A stretch of DNA of 64,000 bases from Candidatus Fraserbacteria bacterium (GTDB lineage Bacteria > Bipolaricaulota > Bipolaricaulia > RBG-16-55-9 > DRXL01): contig CAMTVK010000002.1 in the NCBI GenBank assembly GCA_947085185.1, forward strand, positions 128,001 to 192,000, read 5' to 3'. How positions within the stretch are numbered: position 1 is the first letter of the stretch; every line of letters begins with the position of its first letter. This document shows positions 60,155 through 64,000 of this stretch, one piece after another. A model generated the notes under the pieces. That model saw only the letters and a program-made list of their open reading frames with translations, had not been told where the DNA came from and ran no database searches. The translations under genes and the position numbers were made by a program.

Positions 60155-61492
60155 ATGTTCCACTGCCGATCCTGCGGCTACGCCTCGCTGAAGTGGCTAG
60201 GGCGCTGTCCGCAGTGCGGCCAGTGGGGGAGCTTGGCTGAAACGACAGAGAGTAGGGGCACGTTGCAACGTGCCCCTACCATCCAGCCCCTCGCCACAAT
60301 TCCCCTCCAAGAGGCGCAGCGCCGACCGACCCAGATCGCCGAATTCGATCGGGTTATGGGGGGAGGGCTGATCGCCGGGTCGGTGATCTTAGTGGGTGGG
60401 GAGCCAGGGATCGGCAAGTCCACGCTCTTGCTCCAAGTAGCTGCGCGGCTCGCCACGGATGCTTCGCGTCCCGTGCTCTATATCTCTGGCGAAGAGTCTC
60501 CAGGACAGATCAAGCTGCGCGCGGAGCGCCTGGCCCTCACAGATACAGAGAACCTGCTCATCGTCCACGAGCAGAGCCTCCACGCGCTCTGCCACCACGT
60601 GCGGCAGACCCAAGCGTCAGCCGTTATTGTCGATTCGATTCAGACGATCTTCCCCGAGGGCGCCCTCGAGGGCCTGGGGACGACCCACCAAGTCGGCCAG
60701 GCGACTTTTGAGCTGATTCAACTGGCGCGAGCAGAGAAGATCCCAATATTTCTCATTGGGCACATCACCAAAGCCGGGGACTTTGCCGGGCCTAAAGCGG
60801 TCGAGCACTTAGTCGACGTGGCGCTCTATCTTGAGGGCGGGCGGGAGAGCGACGTGCGGATAGTCCGAGCCGTGAAGAATCGCTTCGGTTCGACAGAAGA
60901 GATCGGGGTCTTCCAGATGACCGAGGCGGGCCTAGTCGAGATCGCCAACCCATCACAGTTTTTCACAGAACGAATCGGGCCGGTGCCTCCAGGGTCGGTG
61001 ATCGTCCCCACGGTAGAGGGCACACGCCCGATCTTAGTAGAAATTCAAGCGCTTGTGGCGTTCACGCGCTCGAACTACCCGCAGCGCCGCGCCACGGGAT
61101 TGGATTTCAACAGGGTCGCTCTCTTAGTAGCTGTGATCGAGAAGCACCTAGGAGCACAGATCAGCGGGGAAGATATCTATGTGAATGTCGCCGGGGGGCT
61201 GTCGTTGCGTGAGACTGCTCTGGATTTGGGGATCGCGGCCGCGATCGTGTCGAGCTTCAAAGAGAGACCCATAGACGGTCAGACGGTGGTCGTGGGGGAG
61301 CTGGGGTTAGCTGGGGAGGTGCGGCGGGTGCGGAAGCTGCGGGAGCGGCTCGCGGAAGCCGCCAAGCTCGGCTACCGCCGAGCTCTTGTTCCTGGTGGGG
61401 AGGCAGGAGGAGCGAAAGATCTTGCGCCGGGCGGGATGGAGGTCTGCCCGGTGCGCACGATCCGCCAGGCCATGGAGGCGTTGGGAATCTAA
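60155..61492 (+). CDS. radA: DNA repair protein RadA/Sms
   Basis: C4 Zn finger, GEPGIGKS, DSIQT and KNRFG motifs. Confidence 0.97.
   Translation: MFHCRSCGYASLKWLGRCPQCGQWGSLAETTESRGTLQRAPTIQPLATIPLQEAQRRPTQIAEFDRVMGGGLIAGSVILVGGEPGIGKSTLLLQVAARLATDASRPVLYISGEESPGQIKLRAERLALTDTENLLIVHEQSLHALCHHVRQTQASAVIVDSIQTIFPEGALEGLGTTHQVGQATFELIQLARAEKIPIFLIGHITKAGDFAGPKAVEHLVDVALYLEGGRESDVRIVRAVKNRFGSTEEIGVFQMTEAGLVEIANPSQFFTERIGPVPPGSVIVPTVEGTRPILVEIQALVAFTRSNYPQRRATGLDFNRVALLVAVIEKHLGAQISGEDIYVNVAGGLSLRETALDLGIAAAIVSSFKERPIDGQTVVVGELGLAGEVRRVRKLRERLAEAAKLGYRRALVPGGEAGGAKDLAPGGMEVCPVRTIRQAMEALGI
60252..60279. repeat. GTAG-type REP-like palindrome in frame inside radA
   Basis: GTAGGGGCACGTTGCAACGTGCCCCTAC, identical to 14606-14633; encodes SRGTLQRAPT. 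Confidence 0.9.
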
Positions 61493-62556
61493 TGCCCAAG
61501 AGCGTTCGGGAAGAGGGCTTTCTCAGAGTTTTAGAGAAGGTCGCGCCGGGGACGCCCCTGCGCGAGGCGATCAACTCTATTGTGCAGATGCGCAACGGCG
61601 GGTTAATAGTCTTATCAGACTTAGAGAGAGCGCGCCAGGTCGTGCAGGCGGGCTTCTTTCTTGATACAGAATTCACCCCGCAGCGGGTCGTGGAGCTTTC
61701 TAAGATGGACCGAGCTATTGTCATTGACGAGGATCTCAAGAGAATCTACTATGCAAACGCGTATCTTGTGCCCGATCCGTTCATCCCCTCCAATGAGACC
61801 GGCACGCGGCATTTAACTGCCGAAAGAGTCGCCAAACAGCTGAACGTGGCCACGGTCGCCATCTCCGCCGAGCGCATGGGAAGGGTCACTATCTACTACG
61901 GGCCGATCCGATACGTCTTGCAAGATATTTTGGTCTTGAGTGCGCGGGTCAACCAAGCGCTGCGCATTCTTGAGCAGTATCGGGTTACGTACAATGAACT
62001 CGCTCAAGAGCTGATGGCCCTGGAGCTGGAGGGGCGGGTCTTGCCCTATCACGTCGCCAATATCTTGCAGAACATCGTGCAGATTTTAGATACTGAAGAA
62101 GAGATTCAGCGGTGGTTTGTGGAGCTAGGTGAGGAGCGACATCTCTTTGAAGTCTTATTGGAGTGGCTCATGGTGGGGGTTAAAGAACAAGCCGAGCTGA
62201 TAGTCCGGGATTTTCAAGCCAATCGCAAGGCCCCCAAGACGATCCTTGAAGAGATTCGGCAACTCTCCCCAGAGGAGCTGCTCTCGACCGAGAAGATCTT
62301 AGAGATTTTGGGGTACGAAAGCAGTGAAGAGCTGCTCGATCGGGTCTTGCCGTCGCGGGGCTATCGGGTGCTCAGTCAAATCCCCCGGCTCCCCATGGCG
62401 GTGATCGAGGATGTCGTGAACGCGTTTGGCACGTTGCGCGCGATATTGCGGGCCACCGAGAAAGATCTCATGGAGGTGAAGGGGGTTGCGGAGGTGCGAG
62501 CGCGCGCGATCCGTGCGGGGCTGCGCAGATTGAAGAACACTTTGATTGGGGTATGA
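61492..62556 (+). CDS. disA: DNA integrity scanning diadenylate cyclase DisA (variant motifs)
   Basis: APGTPLRE, ELSKMD, ETGTRH, RGYRVL and C-terminal HhH; follows radA. Confidence 0.92.
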   Translation: MPKSVREEGFLRVLEKVAPGTPLREAINSIVQMRNGGLIVLSDLERARQVVQAGFFLDTEFTPQRVVELSKMDRAIVIDEDLKRIYYANAYLVPDPFIPSNETGTRHLTAERVAKQLNVATVAISAERMGRVTIYYGPIRYVLQDILVLSARVNQALRILEQYRVTYNELAQELMALELEGRVLPYHVANILQNIVQILDTEEEIQRWFVELGEERHLFEVLLEWLMVGVKEQAELIVRDFQANRKAPKTILEEIRQLSPEELLSTEKILEILGYESSEELLDRVLPSRGYRVLSQIPRLPMAVIEDVVNAFGTLRAILRATEKDLMEVKGVAEVRARAIRAGLRRLKNTLIGV

Positions 62557-63389
62557 ACGCCGAGCTGAAACGACTCCACAAGGCCGCACGGTATCTGATG
62601 AAGCACGTAGGGGCGCAAGCGCCCCTACGGGTCGGGCTTGTCTTGGGGTCAGGGCTTTCGGAGGTGCTTGGGGAGCTTGAGGGGGCGCAGCGCTTCTTGT
62701 GGGAGGAGATCCCCTATTTCCCGCGGCCCACTGTGGTGGGCCATGCGGGGGAGTGGGTCTTTGGGGATCTAGAGAACACATCAGTTCTCATCTCGCGGGG
62801 GCGGGTGCACTTCTATGAAGGGTACTCGATGAGCGAGATCGTCTTCCCCATCCGAGTGATGAAGCTTTTGGGAATAGAAAGAGTTATTCTGACGAACGCC
62901 GCCGGGGCGATCAACCAAGACTTTGCTGTTGGGGATTTCGTGCTCATTCGCGATCATATCAATATGATCCCGGACAATCCGTTGCGTGGGGAGAATATTG
63001 CGGAGCTGGGGCCGCGATTTCCTAATCTCTTGGATGCGTATAGCGCTCGGTTGCGCTCGCTGGCCAAAGAAGTCGCGGCGAGTTTGGGGATGGCGCTCAG
63101 GGAAGGGGTCTATGTAGCGACGCCCGGGCCGATGTACGAGACGCCTGCAGAGATCGAAGCGTACAGAAGATGGGGAGCTGATTTAGTTGGGATGAGCACG
63201 GTGCCCGAAGTGATCGCAGCCCGACATTGTGGGCTTGAAATTGTGGCGATCTCCGTGGTGACGAACATGGCGGCGGGGATTGGTACAGATAAGCTGACTC
63301 ACGAAGAAGTGCTGGAGACTACGAGGCGACGTGAGAGAGATTTGGCGAAGCTCTTACGGGCGCTCGTGGCTCGGCTATCGTTTCGGTAA
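62553..63389 (+). CDS. Purine-nucleoside phosphorylase (trimeric type)
   Basis: LGSGL, GHAG, GRVHFYEG, TNAAG, YETPAE and VGMSTVPE motifs. Confidence 0.95.
   Translation: MNAELKRLHKAARYLMKHVGAQAPLRVGLVLGSGLSEVLGELEGAQRFLWEEIPYFPRPTVVGHAGEWVFGDLENTSVLISRGRVHFYEGYSMSEIVFPIRVMKLLGIERVILTNAAGAINQDFAVGDFVLIRDHINMIPDNPLRGENIAELGPRFPNLLDAYSARLRSLAKEVAASLGMALREGVYVATPGPMYETPAEIEAYRRWGADLVGMSTVPEVIAARHCGLEIVAISVVTNMAAGIGTDKLTHEEVLETTRRRERDLAKLLRALVARLSFR
62606..62629. repeat. Short GTAG-type REP-like palindrome in frame inside the PNP gene
   Basis: CGTAGGGGCGC-AA-GCGCCCCTACG; encodes VGAQAPLR. Confidence 0.75.
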
Positions 63390-64000
63390 CTTCGGCAATG
63401 ATCGGCTGGGCCTTGGCGTAAACGTGGGCTTGCTCGGCGGATTTGTCTCTAAGAGCTTGATGATCTCTCGCACCGCACGCTCCAGCTGGGGGTCCTTCCC
63501 GGCTACGTAATCTTGCGGACGATACTCGACTTCTATGTCCGGCTCAGTTCCGTAGTTTTCGACGCTCCAGCCCACGTCTTGGAACCAGAACGAAAACTCA
63601 GGTTGCGTTGTGATCCCGCCATCTACGAGGGAGTGTCTGGCCCAAATCCCGATCACCCCGCCCCAGGTTCTCTTCCCAAGGAGCGGGCCAAGCTTGAGAA
63701 GCTTGAAGTTGTGCGAGAAGATATCGCCGTCGGAGCCGGCATATTCGTTGGTGATCGCGACCATCGGGCCTCCGACAGAATCTGTCGGATACGGCTGCGC
63801 TCCAAACCACCGGGTCTTCACATATGCGATTCTCCGGCGCGCAAGCTTCTCCAAAATAAGCTCCGAGACGTGCCCGCCGCCGTTGAAACGCACATCGACG
63901 ATTAAGCCCTCTCGATCTATCTCCGAGAGAAAGTAACGATGAAATTCTGAGTATCCCAGCGGCCCCATATTGGGAATGTGCACATACCCGACACGACCGT
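63375..64000 (-). CDS. Tricorn-like S41 protease, C-terminal part (runs off the window)
   Basis: DVRFNGGG, AGSDGD, RTWGGVIG, VENYG and DPQLERA motifs. Confidence 0.92.
   Translation of the reverse strand, partial: GRVGYVHIPNMGPLGYSEFHRYFLSEIDREGLIVDVRFNGGGHVSELILEKLARRRIAYVKTRWFGAQPYPTDSVGGPMVAITNEYAGSDGDIFSHNFKLLKLGPLLGKRTWGGVIGIWARHSLVDGGITTQPEFSFWFQDVGWSVENYGTEPDIEVEYRPQDYVAGKDPQLERAVREIIKLLETNPPSKPTFTPRPSRSLPKLPKR

Overview
GC-rich, densely coding bacterial chromosomal window. It is mostly housekeeping and amino-acid catabolism: greA-lysS, Leu/Phe/Val dehydrogenase, proline dehydrogenase, tryptophanase, pckA-gpsA-gcvT-lipB, miaB...ispG-def-fmt, a split B12 acyl-CoA mutase, clpC-radA-disA-PNP and the 3' end of a tricorn-like protease. 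It also carries nrfHA, two tRNAs (Arg-UCG, Leu-UAG), a PIN toxin-antitoxin pair and several orphan secreted proteins. The gene style reminds me of Bipolaricaulota/Acetothermia, but that is an unverified impression. No transposase, integrase, phage gene, rRNA or CRISPR array was seen. The most interesting signals are: (1) a GTAG-type palindromic repeat family with one intergenic copy and two copies in frame inside radA and the PNP gene; (2) a co-oriented protein quality-control operon (eRF1-like protein without the catalytic GGQ, ClpG-like disaggregase, ClpP-fold serine protease, LonC-like protease, protein disulfide oxidoreductase) behind an SD-occluding hairpin; (3) an ECF sigma/anti-sigma cluster ending in a YhbD-like regulator, two bactofilin-like proteins and an MFS transporter, with a duplicated promoter motif; (4) a promoter-driven, highly structured 170-340 nt non-coding region at about 42.3 kb; (5) a solitary degenerate attC-like site; (6) motif substitutions in DisA, a PfkB kinase and GreA, and isobutyryl-CoA-mutase specificity residues. 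All family assignments come from motifs recognised by eye; no searches were run.
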